DNA of 64,000 nt from a virus, in the IMG/VR virus record IMGVR_UViG_3300022751_000016, positions 32,001 to 96,000 of that record. One strand, 5' to 3'. Below are positions 19,597-32,291 of the stretch, piece after piece. The notes under the pieces are model-generated. The model searched no databases, was not told where the DNA came from, and saw nothing but the letters and a program-made list of their open reading frames with translations. A program made the translations under genes and the position numbers. Positions within the stretch are counted from its first letter, which is position 1; the number at the start of each line of letters is the position of its first letter.

Positions 19597-21748
19597 ATGT
19601 TAAACATACATTTAAAAATCGAGGCTAAAATAACTTGTTTTATCACATTGGCACAATTATCCGAGTTAACAAATAAAAAACAATCTGAAACATTAAAAAG
19701 TTTATATGTTACATTTAGCAAAGATTGTTTTCTATTACCTTATAAAGTACAAAAGCTATCTAAACGAGCAAGACGAAATTTAATTTAAAAATATATCTTA
19801 TGAAACTACCTAAACAAATAAGGCTTAACTATTGGTGGATTAATAGAAAGCCTATTTTATTACTTTCTTTTGGCTTTTTAGTCTTCTTTTTGGCGGCAAA
19901 TGTGTTACTTAATCTTATTGAATATCTTACTAATCTTTTAAATTAACTTATTATGAAAGCGCAAATAAAACTAATAAACAATAGTGGTTGTAGTCCTATC
20001 GAAGTATTTAATTCTGTAAAGGACTTAAAGACTTATTTAAACGAGTGCCTTTATTATGCCACTGAATTATATTTAAATATTGAATGTAATTACACGGATA
20101 ATTGGGAATATTCTAAAATTACAGACTTAAGAAGCTTATTAAGTGAAGCTAAATTTTATGATAGTGTTTTATGTGTTAATGTAGAATATTAGTAACAACC
20201 TTATAAAAACTAAATTATTATGAACTATCTACAAATGTTATCCGATAAAATAAATTCTTATAAAAGTTATAACCAAGCGGTAAAAACTAGAGTTTTAAAG
20301 CAATTAGAGAATAGAACGGAATTGACTGAACAGCAGTATAAAACTGTTATTAAAAACGTTCCTAAAGTAATGAAAGCAAATAAATTGTTTCTTACTAAGT
20401 ACAATAACGAGTATAAAAAGGTTTTAGGCGTTTCAGTTCATAGATATGCACCTGAATTAAACACTTTACAATACATTAGTGGAACAATTATAAAAGTTCC
20501 ACAACAAACAACGGTCGAGGACGCAATAAAATATTTAATTAATAACGGTAAAATTTAAACAATATGAAAACAATTGATACAACAACATTAACAAGTTTAG
20601 AACGTTCCATTTATGGAACTAACTTAATAAATAAATTAACAATTCAAAACCTTAGAAAAGTTTTACCACAATTAGAAACGTATAAAGGTAAAAAGATATG
20701 TTTGGCAAGTGGTAAGGCTGCAAAAAATTTCACAATAGAATTACTTAGTTACTCAGATAAGGAAGCAGGACAACATTTAAGAACGTTTATTAAATTTGAA
20801 CAATTTGCAAGGACTGAAAAGATAATCTTGTTTCAAGATGTTACGGTAAAAGATAAAAATTATCAGGGTGGCGGTTATGGTGTATCTTATTATCAAAATG
20901 AAATTGATTTAGGTTATTTAATTAACGGTGTACTAACTGAAATTACAACTATGTACGATATAGAACTTTCTTATAAGTTAGGAGTTGAATTTTGCGCAAA
21001 AAAAGTAAAAGAAACGAAAGACAAAATAGAACAGTTAAAAAATGAAGTTTCAAAGTTAGAACATTCTATATATCAATTTAAAGGCAGTTATTAAATTGCA
21101 TATTGCAATATACGATTTGGCGGGATAAAAAACTATAAAAGAAAAGTTTATGAAAACAGATTTAAACGGTTTACAACTAACTGTACTAAAACAGTATAGA
21201 CAACAATCAACTAATTTTAACGAGTCTTTAAATAGATATTATGACTTGTTTAAAGTTCAGTATTCAAATGGAAAAATAGGGTTACTTTGTCAAACAGAAA
21301 TAAATTATTAAATTATGAGAACTTTATATAATTATTCGAATTACGGTAATGATTTAAAATTAACTTATTCTGATGCTCAAAGCGTTGCATTATCGGGAGA
21401 TATGGAAAACAACGTTATTGAATTAATGGAAAAGAAATACGTTAAAAGACAATTAGATTTAATAAACCCCAAACAACTTGCAAAGGAATTAAATGACTAT
21501 GGAGCTTGGGACGATGACGAACTAAAAAACCACAAAGAAAACTTAAAAAGGTGGGTTTGGTTGTCGGGTTGTGATATTGTAGAAAATAAATAACAGTAAA
21601 GCCATGTTTAAGAGAATAGTAATGTATCAGGGCGAAGACTTTAATTATTTTGAAGCGGTTTTTGCGTGGGGTTCAATCTTTGCTTTTACTATGGAGCAAT
21701 TAATAATAGAACTACAAGAAAATAGAATAAGTTTAAATTAATAATTAA

Positions 21749-21819
21749 TGCCCTCGTTTGAGATAACAACCTTTAAAATAATACGAGGTTAAAAGGTTCA
21801 ATTCCTTTTGGGGGCGCAA
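21749..21819 (+). ncRNA. tRNA-like element (acceptor stem + T-arm, aberrant D and anticodon arms)
   Basis: TGCCCTC/GGGGGCG 7-bp stem, AAAGG-TTCAATT-CCTTT T-arm, AACCT/AGGTT arm with a 13-nt loop. Confidence 0.45.
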
Positions 21820-22395
21820 ACAATAAATAAAAAGTTATGGTACTAAGTAACGAGAATATAACAATAGGTACACTTACAGTCTTAAAACATTTAGGTATTA
21901 CAACCTATGAACAGTTAAAAGAGTTTAAGCCACCAAAGATAAACGAAATTATTTATTATAATCCTTTGGCGAGGGTTGAAAGAAGATATACAAAAAGAGT
22001 AGATAACGAAATAAAGGAACTTTTAAATTTATAATATTATGGAAGTATTTAATGTATTGGTTAAAGGGGTTGAGGTTAAAGATATAAACGATTGTAAAGC
22101 CTTTTTAAGTGAAGATAGTGCCACTAAATGGATAGAAAAAGTTTGTAAGTTCCAAAAATGGACTATTAAAAGCCGTTTGGGTTGGAATGATGATAATACT
22201 TTGGATGATAGACGAGTTGAGGATATGAAAGGAAATAGTTATTATTTTGTAATATATCGGCAGATTTTAGAATAATTTCGCCGAAAAAAGAGTATCAATA
22301 AGAAAAAATAAGTTAATAAACAAATAAAATATAAAGAAATTTAATTATATCTTTACAGTATCAAACAACAAGCGAAAGCGCAAAACTTTATCATT

Positions 22396-22821
22396 ATGAA
22401 ACTATCAGATTTAAGAACAGTAAAAGAATTAGCAGACAATTTAAACATAGACTTTAAAGAGTTAGCCGAAGGATTTATTTATAATAGTTCAGATTTTGAA
22501 ATTGATAATTATCGTTTTATATCTTCTAATGATATAGACGAGATACAACAAAATGAACTTAAAAACGACTTATATATCTTAGGTTGTTTTAATGCAGATT
22601 TTTTAGCAGACTATACAGACCTATCTTATAAAGCTATTAAAGCCTTACAAAAAGCCGAAGCATACGAGGAACTGGGGGAAATTATTGTTGATGATATTGA
22701 AGCAATTCAAGAAGGGTATAAGGGTGCGGACGGTTACGGACATCATTTTAATCATTATGATGGCAACGAGTGGGAATTTACTGTTGATGGTATAGATTAC
22801 TACTATTTTAGAACTAACTAA
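22396..22821 (+). CDS. Acidic early protein, possibly antirestriction / DNA-mimic-like
   Basis: Very Asp/Glu-rich, ends DGYGHHFNHYDGNE...YYFRTN; first gene after the promoter box at 22348. Function is inference. Confidence 0.35.
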   Translation: MKLSDLRTVKELADNLNIDFKELAEGFIYNSSDFEIDNYRFISSNDIDEIQQNELKNDLYILGCFNADFLADYTDLSYKAIKALQKAEAYEELGEIIVDDIEAIQEGYKGADGYGHHFNHYDGNEWEFTVDGIDYYYFRTN

Positions 22822-23798
22822 TTTCGGCAAAAAAGTATTAAAACTATAAAGCGACAAGCGCATGGGAACATTAACAGTTTATAGAGAATGGAACAGTTCT
22901 TACAATCAAACAACGATTTTAAGAGACGAAAACAACAAGGTAAAGGCTATCATAACCAGCAGCATAAAACAGCCTAAAATGAACCAAAAGATAGTAGTAA
23001 TCAACCGTAAAGAGTTTCTATTGAATTGGGAACTTGTGGCGGGAAAACAAATAAAACAGAAAGAAAATGAACACAGCAAAAGAAGTGATAGCGCAAAACA
23101 ACAAGATTATAGCAAAGTTTATGGGTGCAAAAGAAGGTAAGGGAGTAGGTAAAAGAAAAGCCTTAACAGGTGTACCAATTCCTTTATATCTCGATGAGAA
23201 AATATTAACTGATAAAAGCACTTGTTTTATTGACGAACTAAGGTATCATTCTGATTGGAATTGGTTAATGGAAGTAGTAGAGAAGATAGAGAGTCTAAAC
23301 ACGTCTTTTAGTATAGATGGTAATAAATGCTACTGCATAAACGATAGCTTCTGTAATGCTCAAAAAGAACCTACAAAAATAGAATCAGTTTATAAAGTGT
23401 GCATAGCCTTTATTAATTGGTACAACGAACCCCAACTAAAAATCGGCAAAAGAAAATTTAACAAAGATAACTAACAACAGATAAAAAGAAACAGTTATGA
23501 TACAAGTAAATAAAAATAAAGGTTTTCATCTAAAATTTAATAATGGATTAACAATATCTGTACAAATAGGTAACAGTAACTATTGTAATAACAGAAATAA
23601 CTACGATGTTGACGAAATGAAACAACCTATTACGACCTGCTTAAATGCTGAAATAGCTATATGGGACGAAAGTAACAAATGGTTTACGTTTGAAGGCGAC
23701 CAAGTAAAAGGGTGGGTTGAAGCCGATGAGGTAGGGATATGGATTGACAAGGTAAGACGAGCAAAAAATATTAAATCTATAAAGAGAATTAAAAGAAA

Positions 23799-23830
23799 TT
23801 TGGTAGAATAGAATAAAAGAACTATATTTG
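23799..23830 (+). promoter_or_regulatory. Bacteroidota-type promoter
   Basis: TTTG-N20-TATATTTG, upstream of the HTH-like ORF 23869-24099. Confidence 0.7.
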
Positions 23831-26800
23831 CCCTCAATTCAATGTTTAACGAAATAAAAGCCTTCTAAATGGGATTTATAGCAAAGAAAATAGATACAAA
23901 TAACATCTATTACAGCAAAGGAGCTAACAAAATAGCTGATTTAATAGGTTGTCACTACTCAACTATAACAAAACACTTTCAAAATAGCAGTTCAGATAAG
24001 GTTATTAAGGGGTATATAGTGAGTAAAACAATAGATTTAACCAATAAAGATAGAGGAAGTAGCACAAAATCAATATTTAACGCTATAAATAGCTTCTAAT
24101 TCGCGCAAAAAGAAATTAAAAACAGTAAAATACTATGGAAAATAACCTAAAACATAACGATATAGTAGATATATCAATAATAATATGTGATAAACTAATA
24201 GACTTAGGATTAATAGATATTGAAGACGATGATACACAAGATGAAATCACATATATACTAGCGGAATCATTAAAGGTAAAACTAGAATACTAAACAAACC
24301 CAATGAGAATGGGACTTCATTAGACTAAAAATATAATTAGCCTACACTAAACTAATTTTTAGACAAGCCTAAAAAGGTGAGGACAACCCACCCCAAACAA
24401 ATTCCACTAACAAAAAACAATTAAAAACACCCCAATATAAGCAAAAATTACCTTATCACTTGACTATGGTAGTGTTGAATATGGTTATTTTGTATGGTTG
24501 GGCTTAAAAGAAAACGTTATGAAAACTAAAGAAGAAATATTAAAAGATAGGTATGAGATAAACGGGTTTGTATTTAGCGCAGAAACGCCAAAAGAAACAG
24601 CCAATAAACTTATCGAGCTTATTAGTTCAAAAGAAAGAGTTATTTTAGATTATGGAAATATTGAGACTAAAGTATCTTGGAATGAAATTTATGATATAAC
24701 TGGTTATGTTAGTTATTCTAAAGGATTTTATGATTTAAAGTATCCTATATTGGTTTATAATAAACGTTCTTATGGTGGAGGTAGTATATTAACACATTGT
24801 ATTTTGTCTATTAAGAGTAGTAGAGGTAAGAGAGTTTTATTTAGTGTTTAACCGTTTTTTCTATTTCTTTTCGCGGCGAATCTATTAAACAATAATAAAA
24901 CCCACTACAATTAAATTTAAGAGTATTAATAAGGCTTTTAAGCCATTAAAAATAAAATTATGACAACTATATCCATTCCAAAAGAAAAAATGCTTGAATT
25001 GATTAAAAACGATACTTGTGGTTTTTATGATTATACTAATTATAATAGCCTCGACATAGATATTGTTTTTGACAGCACTACAACATTAAAAGAGTATGAT
25101 GGGGCAAGCAGATTAAACTTAACTTTTAAAGACTTATCTTCTTTACTGTTTGATAGAGTTGTTAAGGTTAGTGATGAGTTATTAATCACTGTTTCTTAAT
25201 TCTTTTTCCCGCCGACCTTTATTACATTAACAAATAACCAACACAATCAAATTTAAGCTTAGTTTTAACCCTTTTAAACAACTACTATGATAACAAATAT
25301 ATCTAAGGTTCAAAATGAACTTAACGCCCTTAAAGAGCAAGTAATTGGCATATACAAACATTCTACTATTGGGGTGTTTGAATTAGTACTAAGTATTGAC
25401 AAGCAAACAGAAACTATTGAAACTTGTTTTATTAGCCAATTTGGAGCAATACAAAGAGGTTTTTCAATTCCTTATCAACAAGGTAAGTTATTTTTATTCC
25501 CCGATAATCGTAATATGAATGATATGTTAAACAGTCCTTTTGAATGGGATGCTTTTATGAAACAGTTTTAATCTGTTTTTAACTCTTTTTTCGCGGATTT
25601 AATAAATAACAAACAAAAATAATAGTCATGGAAGTATCAAAGAAAAAATCATTTAAAATACAGTTATTTAAAGGTTGCCCATTATATGGTATTCTTAAAT
25701 TTGATAAAGAGACTAAAAGTTACTTAAAGTATTATGATGAGAAAGGAGAAATAACAGTTGATTTAGATAACTATAATAGTTTAATTATCAATTCTATTAT
25801 TAAACAAGCAGAGATTATTTGTCAAATGAAATATGGTATATTATGGAGCTATTAAGAGATTTTTTATTATGGTTGTTCTTATTTATGTATTTTCATTTAG
25901 TCAGGTTTTTTGAATTACGTGAAAACACAAATGTGATAAATTTGAAAGACTACTTTAAGTATGGCGGTGGGATTGTGTATATGATTATTACAACTCAAAT
26001 TATAATACTTCTATGTTTTTGGGTTTTAAAGTTCTTTTCTTAATCTCTTTTTCGCCCGAAATATTAACAATAAAATTAAAAAATATGGATTATTTTATTA
26101 CAGCTTGCATTGCATTTCTTATTGGACTATTTTTAAATACACGATTATTTAAAACTAAAAAACCTTTAAAAACATACGACCTAAAGAAAAAATATAAATT
26201 TGCTAAGAAGTTTGATTATTTTGTAATTAAAGAATATAATAACAAATTTGAGTTAGTATATTATAATAAACCTTACAGCGAAGATTTTGCAGAATAAATA
26301 CAAATGATATGGAACACTTATTAAATGCTTTACACGCTCTTACGTTGCTAGAAATGGAGAGAGATTTAACAAATGAAGAGACAAGATTTTATCTCTATTG
26401 TTACAATACATTAACTGAAAATAATATTAACATTCCTTTTGGAGTAGAAGTTTAACTGTTATGGAAATAATCACAAGTAAATTAGGCGAACAAGGTATTT
26501 TTGTATCAGGAAATAAGTATAACTATATAGAATGGGCTGAGTACAAAGGAAAAACCTTTAGGGTGGGTACAAAAGTAGATTGGTGTGACCCCGATGATAA
26601 CAATAGACGATATAGAGGTAAAATAAGGTGGCTTATCTTACTTGGTAATGGTAATGTAGAAATAGATTTTAATGATAAATTAGGTAGGGTTAGTTTAAAA
26701 GATTTAGACTTATGAAAATTAATCACGTCATGAAAAAACTACACTACAGAATAGAAATAAGAGATTGTAACGGCAAACCTTATAAAACAGATAAAGGAAG

Positions 26801-28331
26801 TAAAATACTAAGTTTTGATTTTACAGGTGAGGAAGAGGATGAAACTATTATTCATTTAATTTGTCAAAGAACTTTTGAAGATTATAAAGCAGTTTGTAAA
26901 GAGAATAGTCAGATTAATATAGAAGTTACTTATTTTAATGATATTAGTAAAACTTTCTGTTGTTTATATTCTTTTTACGGCGGCGAAAATAAATTTATAA
27001 AACACGATTAATTATGAAAACACTAATAAATTGCACGAAAATACAAAGTAGTAAAAACTTTGAAAATAAAGTATTGAAACTCTTTCCTAAAGACAGCTTA
27101 GACATTTATTTAGACCAAGTTTCAATGGAGAGAAATAGAGGCTTAGGTGGAGCTTATTTAAATAAGGTAGTATTTGTTATTAATGGAGAGTTTCTAACGC
27201 TTAAAATGGCTCACAATGACTCTCAGGGGTGGGATGAGTATGGAGACTGGGAAGAATACGATAGAAAATATCAAAGTTGGGCTAAATCTACTGTTTTATC
27301 TCTTTTAGCCGAAAATAAAGAAACTATTAACGACTTCTTTTTTGAAGCTAGTATTTAAACTATGATAAATTTGAACATAACAATAGGAGGCAATCTTTGC
27401 ATAGAGCTGAACAAAGGCGCGAAAGAAGAATTAAAAGAACTGATAGAAAATGGTAGAGACGAAAGAGATTTATTAACAACTCTATTGGATGATAGCGGTT
27501 ACATCGGCAATGACTGGTATTCACTTTATGATGTTGGTTTAACAGAGGCTCCAATAGTTGCTTATGGAAGTTGGAGTGAAGATGATGGAGAAAGTATGGA
27601 TTACGAGCAGATGTGGATTTATAATGATTATAATATTTCTTCTTATGCCGAAATCCTATTGAAAAAAGGAAAAGTAATATTTAAAAAGGTCTAATTATGA
27701 GTTATTTAATGGGATTACCTACAAAAAGACAAGCTGAAATTATACATATATTTCTAGGTGGAAGAAATGTAGAAAAAGATAGATTAACTAGAGATAAGAA
27801 TAGAAAAAAGCGTAAAAGTAAATGCAAATAATTACAGATTTCGGGCGAAAAAATATAAAGCCAAAGAAGACCTTTTACTACAGAGAAGAAAGATTTGCAA
27901 TATGCGAAGTACCAACTAAATTAAATGATATGACTTCACCAACAGTATTAAGAAGATTAGTTCATTTTAGTAGTGGTAAGGTTATTCCAATTCAGTTTCT
28001 AAGTGAAAAGACAGCTTTAAATTGTGTTCAAACGGCAGAAAAAAGATTAGATAAGATATTTAAGACAGTTGGTGAAGAGTATTTTTACAGTGAATTAAGT
28101 AAACAAGAAAAATTAAATTAATAATTATGATAAGATATAAAATAACACAGATTTTCAGTATGTTCCTAGTATTAACAATATTTTGTACTATGATAGTAGG
28201 CATAGCTTGGGTATTTGATAGTGCGCCTAATAACTTATACACTGTTTGGGAATTTTTAGGGAGTTGCTTAGCAGTTTCTTTTCTTTTTCACCTTTTATTC
28301 GGCGCGAAAATAACTTTTAAATAGTGTAATT

Positions 28332-28742
28332 ATGCCAACAAAACAAGAAACAATAGACAGTATCACACCTACAAGCCAATATTTAGGTAAGTACGTAAGA
28401 GAATTAATTACAGGTATATCGAGTGCAGAAACTAAAATGTGTCCTGAATACTTTAAGAAGGGCGATGTCATACTTTTGAAGTGTAGAGTCAAACCTAGGC
28501 CAGGAGTGATAATTAAAGTGACAGCAACTTTCGTGATTTGTATTCCATTAACAAGTACAGAAAACGAACATTGTATGTCAGAGTCAAAGAGTAGATTTTT
28601 CAGAACAGGCTGCTTTTGTAATTCTTATGAAATAGTTCCATTAGAAATGGCACAACAACACTTTCTAGGAGTTTATGACTCACCTAAATTATTAAATAAC
28701 GCAATTAAAGAACTAAGACAATTTATTAGTAAACATATTTAG
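28332..28742 (+). CDS. PemK/MazF-like fold protein
   Basis: KKGDVI....KPRPGVII......ICIPLTS signature. Confidence 0.55.
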   Translation: MPTKQETIDSITPTSQYLGKYVRELITGISSAETKMCPEYFKKGDVILLKCRVKPRPGVIIKVTATFVICIPLTSTENEHCMSESKSRFFRTGCFCNSYEIVPLEMAQQHFLGVYDSPKLLNNAIKELRQFISKHI

Positions 28743-29802
28743 ATTATGATAGATTTAAACATTTGCAAGAAAGGTGATATTTTAATATCAAAACACGGAG
28801 AAAAGTTAACTTACGTAAGAAAATTAAATCCTGAAATTGATTATTATGACCATGAAGTTTCATATAATAGTGAGCTGTTAGGAAATGGAACACGAACTAA
28901 TGATGGATTTGTAATGAGAAATGAAAAGTCAAGATTAGAGAGTGACCACGACATAGTAGAAATAATTCATATTTAATGAACAATAAACAACTAAAATGCA
29001 CAATTAATTTTCATCTAAAAATACTGCTAACATACCAACAAAGTTATAAAAAGACAGATGATATTTATATAGAAGCTTACAACTATTTAAAACAACATGA
29101 GCTTAACGACTCACAAAAAGAAATATTATATGAAAGATATATTGAAGATAGCAAGACAAGAGTATCCTAAAGGAACATTATTTTATTCGGCTACAGGCAA
29201 CTTAAAGTCCCCACTTAGAGTAAGTTCTTTACAGATTAGCGAAGTTTACAAAGGAACCATAATTAACACTGAGGGAGGAATTATCTATGATAATGGAACT
29301 TACGCAAAGAAAGTATAACATGGGAGGAGTAATATTACATTTGGCTATTGTAGCTGTTATGGGTTGGTTATTATATAACACTGAAACTTAGAAACTATGG
29401 GAAATCCGAAACTTTACGGGCAATATCAAGGAGATAGACATTTTATAGAAGTTACTCCAGAGAACGAAGATAAAATATTTTTAAAAACTAAAAATAAGAT
29501 GTCACATTTGACACCCAAAAAGAAAAAACGTAAAAAATGAAAACAAGAGATAGAGCTTTAACTTGGTATAACAGCATGGGCAGAACAAAAAGAGAAGAGC
29601 TGTCTATAGATTATTACGGTTCTACATTACTAGATGATGTTGAGATAATAGAGATGTATTTTGAAGAAGTACCACATAAAAATTTAGAAGAAACAGTTGC
29701 TTTTCTTAAACTTTTTGCCGAGAAATTTGTAGCTAATACAGACACAGCTTATAAGGATAGAGAAATTAGAGAGTGGATTAATGAAAATTTAATTAGTTAA
29801 TT

Positions 29803-30516
29803 ATGGAACAGTTTAAAAGAGCAAAGGTAATAATGTTACCAACAGAATCCTTTATACCAGGATCATTAATACAGCACTCAGATAATAAAAAATTACAATT
29901 AATTACAAATTCTAATTTTGATGAAGAAGATGCTAAACATTTAATTACAACTAAATGGAATACAGCTTTCAATATTTATATTATTTCAGATGATAAAATA
30001 AAAGAAGGTGATTATTTTATTAATGATGATGTTATTTTAAAATGTACTGGATTTAATCAACATTATATATTATCAGAAGATAAGTATGGATTAACATATT
30101 CACCAGCAGATTCTAATAAAATTATGGCTACAACAGATACTTCATTAGGATATTGGAAAGAAATAATGACTAAGGCAGGAGGAGATGAAGATACATTCTT
30201 CTCTTTACCTCAGCCTTCTCAACAATTCATTACTAAATATATTGAAGAATATAATAAAGGTAATATAATTACTGATGTGTTAGTTGAGTATGATATTACT
30301 TGGGTAGCTAATCATAATAATGGTTATCACTCTAAATCTTTAAAAATTAATCCTAAAGATAATACTATTAACATTAAATTAGAAGAAAAACATACTTACA
30401 CTAAAGAACAGCTAATCAAAGCTATGATTTGGGCGGAAAATAATGGAAAACATTATGTAGGTACAGATAAAGAAGGACAATTAGAACAGTTTAATGAGTA
30501 CATAAATAAACTTTAA
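29803..30516 (+). CDS. Hypothetical protein, variable phage family (paralog of 53487-54314)
   Basis: Shared IYIISDDKIKE/MYITSDEDIKE and KIMATTD/KIVLTTD blocks. Confidence 0.65.
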   Translation: MEQFKRAKVIMLPTESFIPGSLIQHSDNKKLQLITNSNFDEEDAKHLITTKWNTAFNIYIISDDKIKEGDYFINDDVILKCTGFNQHYILSEDKYGLTYSPADSNKIMATTDTSLGYWKEIMTKAGGDEDTFFSLPQPSQQFITKYIEEYNKGNIITDVLVEYDITWVANHNNGYHSKSLKINPKDNTINIKLEEKHTYTKEQLIKAMIWAENNGKHYVGTDKEGQLEQFNEYINKL

Positions 30517-31889
30517 CTATGGAAGGTTTTGTAGTTTTGTTTATCTTAGCAATGTTTTTCTTAGGTCTTTTTCTCCCGCAAAATTCAATCACTGATGAGG
30601 AAGTCGCCGCAAACAAAAAAGAATTAGATAAGCTAGAAAATACTTTAAAAAGTGTTGATAATCTATATAAAGAGTGGGATATTTTAACTGAAAAAAGAAA
30701 AATAGCTTTAAAAGAATATAAAGGTGATTGGAGCGATTATAACAATATCAATGAAGAAATAGATTCGATAAAACTTAGAATAAAATGGTTACTAAAATAA
30801 AACTGATGAATGAAATACTAAAACACATAGGACAACCTAGATATGCTATAATAGATGCAGGATTATTTGGAGTTAGAATAGTTTCAGGAATAGTAGTAGG
30901 ATTTAGATTTACAGAAGAAGAACCTATTTATGAAATTGCTTTTGGAAGAGATAAGTGGTGGTCTAGTATAATTACAGACAACACTGATGATATTATTTCA
31001 CATTTGAAATTAGGTAGCTTAGAAAGAATTAAAGAATCTCATAAGCTTTCTATTAAGTATGAAAGTAATGAGGATTATATTAACTATTTGGCGGGAAATA
31101 AAAAATAAAAGTTATGAAAATATTAGAATTAGACGGATATAAATATTCAAGAAAAGAGTTTGAAGGTTACAAGTTTAGAAGTATTTTTAAATTTAGAGTT
31201 AATAATGATTGGAGAGATGACAGTAATTTAAATATATACACAGATAATCCAAACAGAGAAAAAGTTACTAGAGTGATAACTTCAAAAGCAACAGATAAAG
31301 TCATTGAAGTTCTTTTAGAACATTGGACTACAAAAGAACAAGATGATTTAATTGCTCAGTTTATTGAAGAAACATTAAAAGATATTTAATTATGAAAAAC
31401 ACAGATGAAATAATATTTGGAGCAATAATTGTAATTATATTAATATTGATTTATGCTTACTGTGAATATCTTGAACGTAAATATGATTTATTAGAAGAAA
31501 AATGCGAAGATGGAAAAACTCATGACTGGAAATTTGAAAATAATAGTACTGGTAATACAGGCGATTTAGGCTTTGGAATTAAAGGTTTTTGGAATATTGA
31601 CACATATTATTGCACCCACTGTTATAAACGAAAAAGAATTGAAAAATAAATAATCATGCTAAAACTCCTAAAAATAAACAAAAACTTAGAAGCTCAAGTA
31701 ATTGATTTAGAGTTTTCTGATAATCAAAGTGCTACACTTTATAAGTTTGGCAAGGACTGGATTTCAAATACTAGTGAATTAATTACTAAAGAATCTTTAA
31801 GACCTATTAAAGAACAGTTGGTTAAATATGGAGTGGAGGCTGACTTAGATGAATTTATTAATCAGTCTTTTATCGCGTATTTTGAGGAT

Positions 31890-32028
31890 GTCTAACGGTC
31901 TTCGGCTTGCTCGTCGTTGTGGCGAGTGAGAAACAATATTAACAAATAATCAAAAAACTTTAAATTATGCCTAAAAATTCAAACACAGACTCGAAGCCAC
32001 AATGCGTGCAAGCCGATGTTAGCAGTAG
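31890..32028. mobile_element. attC-like imperfect palindromic recombination site
   Basis: GTCTAAC (31890-31896) ... GTTAGCA (32018-32024) enclosing TCGGCTTGC/GCAAGCCGA, TTGTGGC/GCCACAA and CGAGT/ACTCG arms; the upstream gene's stop codon lies inside the TAAC box. Confidence 0.6.
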
Positions 32029-32227
32029 TCTTTTTGTAAATACAGGAACATCAATGAAATTTATAACGCCTTTGGAAATGAGGTGGAAGCCAAAAGAAGA
32101 TATAACAACTTACGAACTAACGAAATGCCTACCTTACTTAATTCGATATAGTTCAGTTATGCCTTATGAAATTGATAAATCTGAAAATCATTTTCGTCAT
32201 TTTGAGATTATAGACCATAATAGGTAA
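31967..32227 (+). CDS. Cassette-borne hypothetical protein
   Basis: ORF starts inside the attC-like site; its body is bracketed by GTTAGCAGTAG (32018) and TTACTGCTAAC (32230-32240). Confidence 0.6.
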   Translation: MPKNSNTDSKPQCVQADVSSSLFVNTGTSMKFITPLEMRWKPKEDITTYELTKCLPYLIRYSSVMPYEIDKSENHFRHFEIIDHNR

Positions 32228-32291
32228 TATTACTGCTAACTATTATTTGTACAAATCATGTGTAAACACTAATAAACTTAATACTTAACAA

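Larger units (their letters stand above)
19597..31895 (+). other. Putative early region: several dozen small hypothetical CDSs
   Basis: Mostly 60-180 aa ORFs with larger intergenic gaps and additional promoters (22348-22355, 23799-23830). Confidence 0.7.

Noticed and set aside
21749-21819. Canonical tRNA gene
   Set aside because: No 7-nt anticodon loop, degenerate D-arm and no CCA; kept only as a tRNA-like element.
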